This document shows positions 1 through 9,576 of a DNA stretch of 64,000 bases, in pieces. Each line of letters begins with the position of its first letter. Position 1 is the first letter of the stretch. This DNA comes from Acidimicrobiales bacterium (lineage in GTDB: Bacteria; Actinomycetota; Acidimicrobiia; Acidimicrobiales; DATDAH01): positions 5,055 through 69,054 of the forward strand of contig JBGAOY010000012.1 in assembly GCA_044221555.1 (NCBI GenBank), written 5' to 3'. Below the pieces are notes generated by a model that was not told where the DNA came from, made no database searches, and saw only the letters and a program-made list of their open reading frames with translations. The position numbers and the translations under genes are program-made.

Positions 1-1080
1 GACCTCCAGCGGGTACACGTTGACGCCGCCGGTGATCACCAGGTCGCTGCGCCGACCCTCGAGGTACAGGTAGCCGTCGTCGTCGAGGCGGCCGAGGTCG
101 CCCACCGTGCAGGCGCCGCCCCGCCACGCCGCCGCGGTCTTCGCGGGGTCGCCCCAGTACTCGAACCGGGCGTGCGGGGGCATCGTGCACCAGATGGTGC
201 GGTCGTCGTCGACGGACAGGCGGCGGCCGGCCCGTGCCCGCCCGACCGTGCCCGGGCGCTCCCGCCACTCGTCGGCGGAGCACGCGGTGAACTGGGCCTC
301 GGTCGACCCGTAGAACTCCCACACCGAGCCCTCCGGGAAGGTCGCGAGCGCCCGTTCCTTCAACCGCGTGCGGCAAGGGGCGCCGGCGTGGACGAGGAGG
401 CGGAACGACGACACGTCGGGCAGGGGCGGCGCGTCTGGGGCGAAGAGCCGTTGCAGGTGCGCCGGGACCAGGAACGCCGAGGTGGGGTGGTGCCGCGCCA
501 CCGCGTCGGCGAACCCCGCGGCGGTGAAGTGCCCGGGGAGCACCACCGAGCCCCCGGCCAGCAGCGTGCCCGCCGCGAAGCGCATGGGGGCCGAGTGGTG
601 CAAGGGTGAGGCCACGAGGTGGACGTCGTCGGACCGGAAGCCCCAAAGGTCACGTTCCTCGGCCAGCAGGGCGGCCGCGTCGGCCGCGTCGAGCACGCCC
701 GACCACACGCCCTTCGGGGTGCCGGTGGTGCCCGACGTGTAGATCATGGGCCGGGCCAGCGGCGCGGGAGCGAGCTCGACCGGTGTCGCGTCGGGCCCGG
801 CGGCGATGAAGGGACCGAGGTCATCGTCGCGCAGCACGAGCGCCGGCCGCGCGTCGGCCAGCAAGGTCTCCTGCTCGGCCGGCAGCAGGTGGATGTTCAC
901 GAGCACCGGCACGATCCCCGCCCGCAGCGCACCGACCGCGACCGCGAGGTAGGCGGGGCTCCCCGTGGCGATCAGGGCCACGCGGTCGCCCACGGACAGG
1001 CCCGCGGCCTGCAACGCGGAGGCGGCCCGCCGCTGGTCGGCCTCAGCCTCGGCGGCCGTGACCACCGTCGCACCGCTCAT
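1..1080 (-). CDS. AMP-dependent acyl-CoA synthetase/ligase, C-terminal end cut by window edge
   Basis: Absent from the ORF track because it runs off the window. The reverse strand from ATG 1080..1078 reads MSGATVVTAAEAEADQRR... It contains PMIYTSGTTGTPKGVW (AMP-binding signature), EFYGSTE, and at nt 60..1 EGRRSDLVITGGVNVYPLEV. Confidence 0.85.
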   Translation of the reverse strand, partial: MSGATVVTAAEAEADQRRAASALQAAGLSVGDRVALIATGSPAYLAVAVGALRAGIVPVLVNIHLLPAEQETLLADARPALVLRDDDLGPFIAAGPDATPVELAPAPLARPMIYTSGTTGTPKGVWSGVLDAADAAALLAEERDLWGFRSDDVHLVASPLHHSAPMRFAAGTLLAGGSVVLPGHFTAAGFADAVARHHPTSAFLVPAHLQRLFAPDAPPLPDVSSFRLLVHAGAPCRTRLKERALATFPEGSVWEFYGSTEAQFTACSADEWRERPGTVGRARAGRRLSVDDDRTIWCTMPPHARFEYWGDPAKTAAAWRGGACTVGDLGRLDDDGYLYLEGRRSDLVITGGVNVYPLEV

Positions 1081-1134
1081 GGCGGTCGAGCCTAGGATCT
1101 CGGCCCTCAGGGAGAACCAACGCGAGGGGGGCAC

Positions 1135-1995
1135 ATGCGGGGACGGGTCTGGATGGGGCGGACCGTGGTGGTGGTGCTGTGCGGTGCGGCCCTGGCCGCC
1201 GGCTGCAGCAGCGACGGGGGCGACGACGGCGAGAGCGCCGCCGCCGACACCACCACCAGTGCGGTGGGGAACACCACCACGAGCGCGGCGCCCGAGACCC
1301 TCGACATCCTCGTGTCGAACGACGACGGCTTCGCCGCCGAGGGCATCGACGCCCTCGTGCAGGCCCTGACGGAGCTGCCCGACACCACCGTCACCGTGGT
1401 GGCGCCGGCCGAGAACCAGAGCGGCACGGGGGGCCAGACCACCGACGGTGCGCTGACCGTGACCGACGAGGAGACGCTCAGCGGCTACCCCGCGACCGCG
1501 GTGCAGGGCTTCCCGGCCGACGCGGTGAACCACGGCCTCGACGAGGTGCTCGACGAGGCGCCGGATCTGGTGATCGCGGGCATCAACGAGGGCCAGAACA
1601 TCGGCCCGCTCACCGCGGTGTCGGGCACCGTCGGTGCCGCGTCGGCGGCCGCGGCGCGCGGCATCCCGGCGCTGGCGTCCAGCCAGGGCCTCGACGCCAA
1701 CCCGCCCGACTACGCCACGGGGGTCGACGAGGTGCTGGCCTGGCTCGACGAGCACCGCGACGCGCTGCTGGCGGGGGACGCCCCGGCGCAGGTCGACAAC
1801 CTGAACATCCCGTCGTGCGCCACCGGTGAGCTGCGGGGCGACGTCGAGGTGCCCGTCGCCACCGACGACGGCGGGCGGGCGATCAACGACGTCGACTGCA
1901 CGTCCACCGAGGAGGACCCGGTCGACGACATCGCCGGGTTCACCACCGGCTTCGCCACCCTCAGCGTCATCGAGGTCGAGCCGGCGGCGGGCTGA
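1135..1995 (+). CDS. surE: SurE-family 5'/3'-nucleotidase with N-terminal lipoprotein signal
   Basis: LDILVSNDDGFAAEGIDALVQAL matches the SurE N-terminal DD motif. It is preceded by a hydrophobic segment and lipobox LAAGC. High GC3 frame. Confidence 0.8.
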   Translation: MRGRVWMGRTVVVVLCGAALAAGCSSDGGDDGESAAADTTTSAVGNTTTSAAPETLDILVSNDDGFAAEGIDALVQALTELPDTTVTVVAPAENQSGTGGQTTDGALTVTDEETLSGYPATAVQGFPADAVNHGLDEVLDEAPDLVIAGINEGQNIGPLTAVSGTVGAASAAAARGIPALASSQGLDANPPDYATGVDEVLAWLDEHRDALLAGDAPAQVDNLNIPSCATGELRGDVEVPVATDDGGRAINDVDCTSTEEDPVDDIAGFTTGFATLSVIEVEPAAG

Positions 1996-4265
1996 TGGGC
2001 GAGACGTCCGGCTTCCAGGGGGTCATCGGCCGCACCAGGGCCGAGTCCACCCCGTGGTGGCCGCCGGCGCCGCAGCCGCCCGAGGGCGCCCCGAACGTCC
2101 TCGTCGTCGTCCTCGACGACGTCGGCTTCGCCCAGGTCGGCTGCTTCGGCTCGGACATCGACACACCGACGCTCGACGGCCTGGCCGCGGGCGGCCTGCA
2201 GTTCACGAACTTCCACACCACGGCCCTCTGCTCGCCCACCCGGGCGTGCGTGCTGACCGGGCGCAACCACCACGTCAACGGCATGGGCCGCGTCATCGAC
2301 CTGGCCACGGGGTTCCCCGGCTACGACGCCCGCATCCCCAAGAGCTGCGGCACCCTGCCCGAGATGCTGGTGCCCCACGGCTACGCCGCCTACGCGGTGG
2401 GCAAGTGGCACCTCACCCCCGAGCACGAGCACCACCTCGGCGCACCACGGGGGTCGTGGCCGCTGGGGCGCGGCTTCGAGCGCTGGTACGGCTACTTCGG
2501 TGGCGAGACCAGCCAGTTCGGCCCCACCCTGCTGTCCGACAACCACTACGTCGCCGCGCCGGCCGACCACGAGGACGGCTACCACCTCACCGAAGACCTC
2601 ACCGACCGGGCGCTGTCGTTCCTCGGCGACCTGCGGGCGGTCGACCCCGACAAGCCGTGGCTCCTCTACCTGTGCCCCGGGGCCTGCCACTCGCCCCACC
2701 AGGTGCCCGACGACTGGCTCGACCGGTTCCGGGGACGCTTCGACAAGGGCTGGGACGAGTGGCGGGCCGAGACCTTCCAGCGTCAGCTCGACACCGGGGT
2801 GCTCCCTGCGGGCACCGAGCTGTCCCCCCGGCCCGACTGGGTGCCGGCGTGGGACACGCTGTCGGCCGACACCCAGCGGGTGTACGCGCGCTACATGGAG
2901 TGCTTCGCGGCGTATCTGTCCCACTTCGACCACCAGTTGGCCCGGGTCCTCGACCGCCTGCGCGAGACCGGTGAGCTGGACAACACGTTGATCATGGTCA
3001 TCTCGGACAACGGCGCCAGCTCGGAGGGCGGGCCCGGCGGCTCCCTGAACGACGCCCGCAACTGGAACGTGGCGGACATGTCCGTGTCGGAGGCCGTGGC
3101 GCGCATCGACGAGATCGGCGGACCGACCATCCACAACAACTACCCGTGGGGCTGGACCGTGGCCGGCAACACGCCGTTCAAGCGGTGGAAGCGCGAGACC
3201 CACGAGGGCGGCGTGGCCGACCCGTTGATCGTGCACTGGCCCGCGGGGATGGCCGCCCGGGGCGGGATCCGGCGCCAGTACACCCACGCCATCGACCTGC
3301 TGCCCACGATCCTCGAGGCCATCGGGGTCGAGCCGCCGACGGTCATCGACGGCGTCGAGCAGCGTCCCGTCGACGGCACCAGCTTCGCCTACGCCTTCGA
3401 CGCCCCCGACGCGGACGAGCGCCACACGGTCCAGTACTACGAGATGCTCGGCTGCCGGGCGATCTACGAGCGGGGCTGGAAGGCGGTCACCTACCACCCG
3501 ATCGCGGACGCGACCCTGCCCTTCGACGAGGACACCTGGGAGCTGTACCACGTGGCCGTGGACCCGTCGGAGTGCCACGACCTGGCCGAGGACGAGCCCG
3601 AGCGGCTGGCGGCGATGATCGACCGCTGGTGGGCCGAGGCCGAGCGCAACCAGGTGCTGCCGCTCGATGCCAACCCGTTCGACGCGATCTTCAACGACGA
3701 GCGCCCGTACCACCCTGCCCGGCCGCGCTACGAGTACCGGCCGGGCGGCGGGCCCGTGCCCGAGTCGGCCGCGGTGAACGTGCGCAACCGCGACCACGCC
3801 GTCACCGCCGAGCTGTCCGGCCCACTGGGGGACGCCGAGGGCGTGCTGCTGGTCCAGGGCTCGGTGCTGGGGGGCTGGGTGCTGTTCGTGCGTGACGGGC
3901 ACCTGCACTACGCCCACAACTACGTCGGCCTGCACCTCTACGCCGGCCGATCCGAGCGGCCGCTCGACCCCGGGGCGCGCACGCTGGGGTTCCGGTTCAC
4001 CAAGACCGCCGAGCACGCCGGCGTGGTGACCCTGCTGTGCGACGACGTGGCGGTGGGGGCGGTCGACGTGGACCGGTTCACCCCCATTCGCTTCGCCATC
4101 ACCGGCGACGGACTGCACTGCGGCGAGCACTGGGGGGTGCCGGTGTGCGCCGACTACCGGGCGCCGTTCCGCTTCACCGGCCCGCTGCACCGGGTGCTGG
4201 TCGACGTGGACGGCGACCCCCACGTCGACCCCGCCGACGCCTCGCACGCCCTCCGCGAGCAATAG
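1995..4265 (+). CDS. arylsulfatase (Cys-type, formylglycine-dependent)
   Basis: LVVVLDDVGFAQ and CSPTRACVLTGRNHH (C-x-P-x-R sulfatase signature). The ATG overlaps the surE TGA (TGATG). Confidence 0.9.
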   Translation: MGETSGFQGVIGRTRAESTPWWPPAPQPPEGAPNVLVVVLDDVGFAQVGCFGSDIDTPTLDGLAAGGLQFTNFHTTALCSPTRACVLTGRNHHVNGMGRVIDLATGFPGYDARIPKSCGTLPEMLVPHGYAAYAVGKWHLTPEHEHHLGAPRGSWPLGRGFERWYGYFGGETSQFGPTLLSDNHYVAAPADHEDGYHLTEDLTDRALSFLGDLRAVDPDKPWLLYLCPGACHSPHQVPDDWLDRFRGRFDKGWDEWRAETFQRQLDTGVLPAGTELSPRPDWVPAWDTLSADTQRVYARYMECFAAYLSHFDHQLARVLDRLRETGELDNTLIMVISDNGASSEGGPGGSLNDARNWNVADMSVSEAVARIDEIGGPTIHNNYPWGWTVAGNTPFKRWKRETHEGGVADPLIVHWPAGMAARGGIRRQYTHAIDLLPTILEAIGVEPPTVIDGVEQRPVDGTSFAYAFDAPDADERHTVQYYEMLGCRAIYERGWKAVTYHPIADATLPFDEDTWELYHVAVDPSECHDLAEDEPERLAAMIDRWWAEAERNQVLPLDANPFDAIFNDERPYHPARPRYEYRPGGGPVPESAAVNVRNRDHAVTAELSGPLGDAEGVLLVQGSVLGGWVLFVRDGHLHYAHNYVGLHLYAGRSERPLDPGARTLGFRFTKTAEHAGVVTLLCDDVAVGAVDVDRFTPIRFAITGDGLHCGEHWGVPVCADYRAPFRFTGPLHRVLVDVDGDPHVDPADASHALREQ

Positions 4266-4274
4266 GTTCGCGGC

Positions 4275-5165
4275 ATGGAGATCGGGATCTCGTTGCCCAC
4301 GATGGCCCCGGGCTACGGGCCGACCACCACGGTCGACTGGGCGCGGGCGGTCGACGCCGGGCCGTTCTCCAGCATCTCCACCGGCGAGCGCATCTCGTTC
4401 GACAACCCTGACTGGGTGTCGTCGTTGGCAGCGTCGGCCGCGGTCACCGAGCGGGTGCGGGTGATGGCCAATGTGGTGGTGCTGCCACTGCACGCGGCGG
4501 CGCTCGTCGCCAAGCAGGTGGCCACTCTCGACGTGCTCTCCTCGGGTCGCTTCACGCTCGGCGTCGGCGTGGGTGGCCGCGGGCACGACTACCGCAGCCT
4601 CGGGGCGTCCTACACCCACCGTCACGCCCGCCTCGACGAGCAGGTGGCCGAGTTGCGCCGACTCTGGGCGGGTGAGCCCCCGTTCGAGGGCGCCGACCCG
4701 ATCGGCCCGGCCCCGGTGCAGGCCGGCGGGCCGCCGATCCTCGCCGGCTCGCTGGGACCGAAGAGCATGGCCCGGGCCGCGCGCTGGGCCGACGGCGTGA
4801 CCGGGTTCAGCGTGGCGGGCGTGGCCGACGAGATGGCGGGCACGTTCCGGCTCGCCGAGCAGGCCTGGCAGGACGCGGGACGCACCGAGGCCCCCCGCAA
4901 GGTGAACGGTTGCTTCTACCTGCTGGGCGACGACGACCAGGCGGCACGCGACGGCCTGCGGGCGTTCACCGCCCGTTACCTGGGTGTGTTCGGGCGCGAC
5001 TTCGCCGAGGCCATGGCCGCGGAGACCCGGGTGTGGTCCGTCGATGCGCTCCACGTGCTGCTCGCGGAGGCCGAGGCCGCGGGCTGCGACGAGCTGATCC
5101 TGGTGCCCGGCACCGTCGACCTGGACTGCCTGTCCCGCACCGTCGACGCCCTGGCCGCCCGCTGA
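4275..5165 (+). CDS. LLM-class (luciferase-like) flavin/F420-dependent oxidoreductase
   Basis: The N-terminus MEIGISLPTMAPGYGP..., the segment GRFTLGVGVGGRGHDY and the ~296-aa length are typical of the luciferase-like monooxygenase family. Confidence 0.75.
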   Translation: MEIGISLPTMAPGYGPTTTVDWARAVDAGPFSSISTGERISFDNPDWVSSLAASAAVTERVRVMANVVVLPLHAAALVAKQVATLDVLSSGRFTLGVGVGGRGHDYRSLGASYTHRHARLDEQVAELRRLWAGEPPFEGADPIGPAPVQAGGPPILAGSLGPKSMARAARWADGVTGFSVAGVADEMAGTFRLAEQAWQDAGRTEAPRKVNGCFYLLGDDDQAARDGLRAFTARYLGVFGRDFAEAMAAETRVWSVDALHVLLAEAEAAGCDELILVPGTVDLDCLSRTVDALAAR

Positions 5166-5202
5166 CCCCGACCCGAGCCGGTCGAGCGCACCCCGCAGGT
5201 CG

Positions 5203-6423
5203 GTGTTCAATGGCAGGGTGACGATCACCCCCACCGCAACCGCGACCCGGCCGGCGTTCGACCTGCTCGATCCCGAGTTCTACCGACCGAACCCGCACGA
5301 CGCCTACACCTGGATGCGGGCCAACGAGCCGGTGTACCGCGACGAGGCCAACGGGCTCTGGGGCATCACGCGTCACGCCGACGTGCTCGACGTGGAGCGC
5401 CGGTCGGACGTGTTCCTCAGCGGACCCGGGTACCGGGCCCTGCTGTCGCCGGAGGAGTCGAACATGATCGCCCTCGACGACCCCCGCCATCAGCAGCAGC
5501 GCCGGCTGGTGTCGCGGGACTTCACCCCCGCGGCCGTGCGCACCCGGGCCGACGAGATCCGCGCCCTCGTGACCGAGCTGCTCGACCGCGCCCTCGAGCG
5601 GGGTGACGGTGTGCTCGACGTCGTCGACGATCTCGCCGCCCAACTGCCCGCCCGCCTCACCGCCCGGCTGCTCGGCTTCGACGAATCACAGTGGCGTGAC
5701 CTGAAGAGCTGGTCCGAGCGCCTCATGCGGCTCGACACCGCCGAGCGCGACAACGACGTCGCCATGGGCGTGTTCACCGCGTGCCTGGAGTTCAACTCGC
5801 AGCTCGACGACCTGCTGGCCGCCCGCACGGGTTGCCCCATGGGCGACCTGCTCTCCACCTGGGCCAACGACGAGATCGACGGTGAGCCGCTCGACCGCAT
5901 CTCGGTGTTCCACGAGACCGGCCTGTTCATCTCCGGCGGCTCCGAGACCACCCGCACCACGATCGCCCATGGGTTGCGGGCCTTCTGCGACCACCCCGAC
6001 CAGTGGGAGCTGCTGGCGTCGGACCCGTCCGTCGTCCCGACCGCGGTGGAGGAGGTCATCCGGTGGGTCACGCCGCTCAACAACTTCTTCCGCAACGCGG
6101 CGAGCGACACCGAGGTGGGCGGACAGGCCGTCGCCGCGGGTGACCGCGTGATCCTGCTGTACCCCTCGGCCAACCGCGACGAGGCGGTGTTCGACGAGCC
6201 CTTCCGCTTCGACGTCACCCGTGACCCCAACCACCACGTGGCGTTCGGGTACGGAACCCACTTCTGCCTCGGCGCCAACTTCGCCCGCCAGACGTTGCGC
6301 ATCCTGTTCGAGGAGCTGCCGAAGCGCATCACCGCGCTGACGCCCGTGTCCGAGCCCGACGTCGAGCCCAACATGTTCGCGCGGGCAGTGCGCAGCTTCC
6401 GGCTCGGCTACGAGCGACGCTAG
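5203..6423 (+). CDS. cytochrome P450
   Basis: I-helix SGGSETTR, EEVIRW (ExxR) and heme loop FGYGTHFCLGANFAR. Confidence 0.9.
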   Translation: MFNGRVTITPTATATRPAFDLLDPEFYRPNPHDAYTWMRANEPVYRDEANGLWGITRHADVLDVERRSDVFLSGPGYRALLSPEESNMIALDDPRHQQQRRLVSRDFTPAAVRTRADEIRALVTELLDRALERGDGVLDVVDDLAAQLPARLTARLLGFDESQWRDLKSWSERLMRLDTAERDNDVAMGVFTACLEFNSQLDDLLAARTGCPMGDLLSTWANDEIDGEPLDRISVFHETGLFISGGSETTRTTIAHGLRAFCDHPDQWELLASDPSVVPTAVEEVIRWVTPLNNFFRNAASDTEVGGQAVAAGDRVILLYPSANRDEAVFDEPFRFDVTRDPNHHVAFGYGTHFCLGANFARQTLRILFEELPKRITALTPVSEPDVEPNMFARAVRSFRLGYERR

Positions 6424-6444
6424 GCCGCCGGGCGAACGGGCGGC

Positions 6445-8097
6445 TCAGTACGCCCCAGGGGGGCTCGACGCGGTTCGCGGCACACCCCCGCGGGTGAGCA
6501 ACACCGCATCGCTCCACGGCCGTCCCGAGCCGCGCAGGTCGGGGCGCGAGGGGGCGTCCGACCACACGGCGGGCGGTACCGGGGCGAGGGTGGCGCCGGC
6601 CACGGCCCCGCCCACGAGGCGGAAGTCGCGCGGCGCGGCGCCGGGGTGGACGAGACGGGGCTCCACCGTGTTGATGCGGTTGTCGCGACGTAGCTGGGCG
6701 GCGTTGCACGTGGGGTTGGCATCGGTGCAGGCGGTCGAGCCCTCGATGCCCAAGGGGTGGGTGCGCGGGCCGTTCCAGATCACGTTGCCGGCGATGCGCA
6801 GGTCGTCGTCGCCGCGTGACGGGTCGGGCACGTTGGCGCCGGCTGGGGGGTGCACCGGGCCCCGCAGGTCGAACTGCTGCCACGCGCTGCGGAACGGCGC
6901 CGGATTCTCGACCACGTTGTTCAGCACGTACACGTGGCGGTTCGGGATCACCTGGCCGATGTCGCCCGATGCCGGCCCCCACCCCCCGAGGTCGCGGTGG
7001 GCACGACACGTGTCGGTGTCGCCGTCGCAGCCGCGGCCGCCGTGCACCACCTCGATCACGTGCGAGCGGGCGCCCACCCGGTAGAGCGTGTTGTGGGCCA
7101 GCAGCACGTCGAAGCCGCCGTTCACGCCCATGCCCGCGCCGTCGGTGTCGTGCACCACGTTGTCCACGAACTCGATGCCGTAGGCCTCGTAGTGCAGCCA
7201 CGGCGCGGTCATGAACTCGAAGCCCGTCCCTTGGCCCGCCGAGAATCCGCCCGTGCCGCAGTGGTGGAAGCGGTTGCCCGCGATCACCAGGTGGGCCGAC
7301 CCGCCCTTGGCGTACATGCACCAGTCGTCACCGTGGTGGATGTTCGAGCGCAGCACGTGCCCGTACTGCACCGCCACGAAGTCGACCGGGTTCTCGTACG
7401 AGCCGGCGATGGTGCTGTCCTCCACGTACACGTGCTGTGACTGGTTGACCTTCAGGCCCTCGTGCAGGTCGTGGCCCGCGGTGACCCACACCCGTCGCAG
7501 CGTGAGGTGGTCCGCCCGCTCGACGTGTAGCGCCACGTCACTGGCGGCGGGGTGCCCGCCGCCGGCCACGAAGCGGATGCCCACGAACGACAGGTGGGCC
7601 ACGTCGAAGATGTTCAAGCCGCCGTCGATGGTGACGGTGCCGGCGCCGTCCGCAGCCTCGATGCTGACCGGTGCCGCGGCCGAGCCGTGGTGGCCTTCCA
7701 GCCACCCGTTGCGCACCGACCCGTAGGGCACGACCCCGGGGGTGATGCGGATGCGCACACCGCCGCCCGCCGCCGGCGCCTCGGGCACGCGCCCCCAGGC
7801 CTCGCCGAGCGTGCGCAGCGCGTGGCGCCGGTCGGCGCCGGTGTCGCGGTCACGGCCCCGCACCGGATCGACCCACAGCACGGTCGCCGCCGCCGATGGG
7901 GCCCGCCGGACGTGGGCCACGTCGTTCGTCACTGACGCCTCTGTCGGGATGGCCGGCGCCGGGGCGGTCGCCCCGAGCGTGGCGGCGGCCGACACGACGA
8001 CCACCACGAGCGCGAGGCCGAAGCGGTGGCCCTGCGTCGTTCGGCGCCGACGGGTCGCGCAGCGGGGGGACCGGTGGGCACTGGTGAGAGAAGACAT
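6445..8097 (-). CDS. secreted right-handed parallel beta-helix repeat protein (pectate-lyase-fold)
   Basis: Arg-rich N-terminus followed by a hydrophobic signal segment (LALVVVVVSAAATLGATAPAPA). Repeated short strand-like segments such as IAGNRFHHCGTGGFSAGQG and VLNNVVENP are typical of beta-helix proteins. Confidence 0.7.
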   Translation of the reverse strand: MSSLTSAHRSPRCATRRRRTTQGHRFGLALVVVVVSAAATLGATAPAPAIPTEASVTNDVAHVRRAPSAAATVLWVDPVRGRDRDTGADRRHALRTLGEAWGRVPEAPAAGGGVRIRITPGVVPYGSVRNGWLEGHHGSAAAPVSIEAADGAGTVTIDGGLNIFDVAHLSFVGIRFVAGGGHPAASDVALHVERADHLTLRRVWVTAGHDLHEGLKVNQSQHVYVEDSTIAGSYENPVDFVAVQYGHVLRSNIHHGDDWCMYAKGGSAHLVIAGNRFHHCGTGGFSAGQGTGFEFMTAPWLHYEAYGIEFVDNVVHDTDGAGMGVNGGFDVLLAHNTLYRVGARSHVIEVVHGGRGCDGDTDTCRAHRDLGGWGPASGDIGQVIPNRHVYVLNNVVENPAPFRSAWQQFDLRGPVHPPAGANVPDPSRGDDDLRIAGNVIWNGPRTHPLGIEGSTACTDANPTCNAAQLRRDNRINTVEPRLVHPGAAPRDFRLVGGAVAGATLAPVPPAVWSDAPSRPDLRGSGRPWSDAVLLTRGGVPRTASSPPGAY

Positions 8098-8222
8098 GGC
8101 CCCGTGGGCATCGGCTGTTCAGGGGGCCGCCTTCACCGCCACCCGCGTCGGACCGAGGCCGGCGTACGGTCCAGGGACCTCCGACTCTGGCGTGCGGCGG
8201 TGGCTGCGTCAGACTGAGCCGC

Positions 8223-9521
8223 ATGGCGTTCACCCTCCACACCCCTGACGAAGCGGCCGAGCTCATCCGCTCCACCGACCGCCTCGGTGTCCCGCTCGGC
8301 CCCGGCCAGCCCATGGGCCTGCTGCACGCGCTGGGCAAGCGGGAGCGCTTCGACGACCTGGTGGTCTTCGGTGCGCTCCTGGTCGACCTGTACGAGTTGT
8401 TCACCCGGCCCGGGGTCCACCTGCTCAGCGGGTTCTACGGCCCCGCCGAGCGGTTCCTGCTCGACTCGGGGGCCGACATCCAGTTCGTGCCGTCCGACTT
8501 CCGGCGCTTCACGCCCATCCTCGAGCGCATCAAGCCACGGGTGATGGCCACGGCGGTCGCCAGCCCCGACGAGGACGGCTGGCTCAGCCTGTCGGTGCAT
8601 GCCGGCGCGACGATCAGCGAGCTCAAGCGGGCCGCGGCCGACCCCGAGCGCGTCGTGATCGCCGAGGTGGTGGCCGATGCGCCGCACACGTTCGGCATCG
8701 AGCCGGATCATCCCCACCGGCTGCACGTGGACGAGGTCGACATGCTGGTCGAGGGCGACCGGCCCATGTTCGTGCTCCCCGACGCGGTGCCCACCCAGAT
8801 CGACGAGCAGATCGCCCAGCACGTGCGTCCCTTCATCACCGACGGGTGCACGCTGCAGACCGGCATCGGCGGTATCCCGTCGACCATCGCCCGCCTGCTG
8901 GCCGAGGACGCCGGGGGTGACTACGGCGTGCACTCCGAGATGTTCACCACCGGCCTGATGGAGCTGCACAAGGCCGGCAAGGTGTCGAACGCCCACAAGG
9001 GCCAGTACGACGGCATGTCGGTCTCCACGTTCGCGGCGGGCACGACCGACCTCTACGAGTGGCTCGACGGCAACGACGAGGTGCGCTTCCTGCCCGCCGA
9101 GATCGTGAACTCGCCCGAGGTGGTGGCCCGGAACCGCAAGATGGTCACCATCAACGGCGCCCTCATGATCGACCTGTGGGGCCAGGTGGTGGCCGACACC
9201 ATCGGTCCCCGGCAGTTCTCGGGCATCGGGGGTCACGAGGACTTCGTGTCGGTGTCGGGCCTGGAGCTCGAGGACCGGGGCCTCATCTGCCTCCCGTCAC
9301 GGGCCAACGTCGACGGCGGCCAGGTGTCGCGCATCATGAGCTTCCTGCCCGAGGGCACCGTGGTCACCACGCCCCGTCACCAGCTCGACGTGGTGGTCAC
9401 CGAGTACGGCGCGGCGTCGCTCCGAGGTCGGACCGTCCGGGAGCGGGCGCTGGCGCTCGCCGGCATCGCCCATCCCGACGACCGGGCCGAGTTGATGGCC
9501 AGAGCCGAGACCATGGGCTGA
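8223..9521 (+). CDS. acetyl-CoA hydrolase/transferase family protein (4-hydroxybutyrate CoA-transferase-like)
   Basis: The length and segments TLQTGIGGIPSTIA and SEMFTTGLMELHKAGKV are characteristic of the family. Confidence 0.8.
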   Translation: MAFTLHTPDEAAELIRSTDRLGVPLGPGQPMGLLHALGKRERFDDLVVFGALLVDLYELFTRPGVHLLSGFYGPAERFLLDSGADIQFVPSDFRRFTPILERIKPRVMATAVASPDEDGWLSLSVHAGATISELKRAAADPERVVIAEVVADAPHTFGIEPDHPHRLHVDEVDMLVEGDRPMFVLPDAVPTQIDEQIAQHVRPFITDGCTLQTGIGGIPSTIARLLAEDAGGDYGVHSEMFTTGLMELHKAGKVSNAHKGQYDGMSVSTFAAGTTDLYEWLDGNDEVRFLPAEIVNSPEVVARNRKMVTINGALMIDLWGQVVADTIGPRQFSGIGGHEDFVSVSGLELEDRGLICLPSRANVDGGQVSRIMSFLPEGTVVTTPRHQLDVVVTEYGAASLRGRTVRERALALAGIAHPDDRAELMARAETMG

Positions 9522-9576
9522 TCGCAGTGCCACCTCCCGGCCCGCTGTCTCCGCGCCGAGTCCCAGGAGCGCCGAC

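Noticed and set aside
1710-5234. 1174-aa minus-strand ORF spanning the surE, sulfatase and LLM genes.
   Set aside because: It is an antisense shadow typical of very GC-rich DNA. The translation is Arg/Gly/Val/His-rich low complexity with no motifs. The plus-strand genes have clear family signatures and higher GC3.
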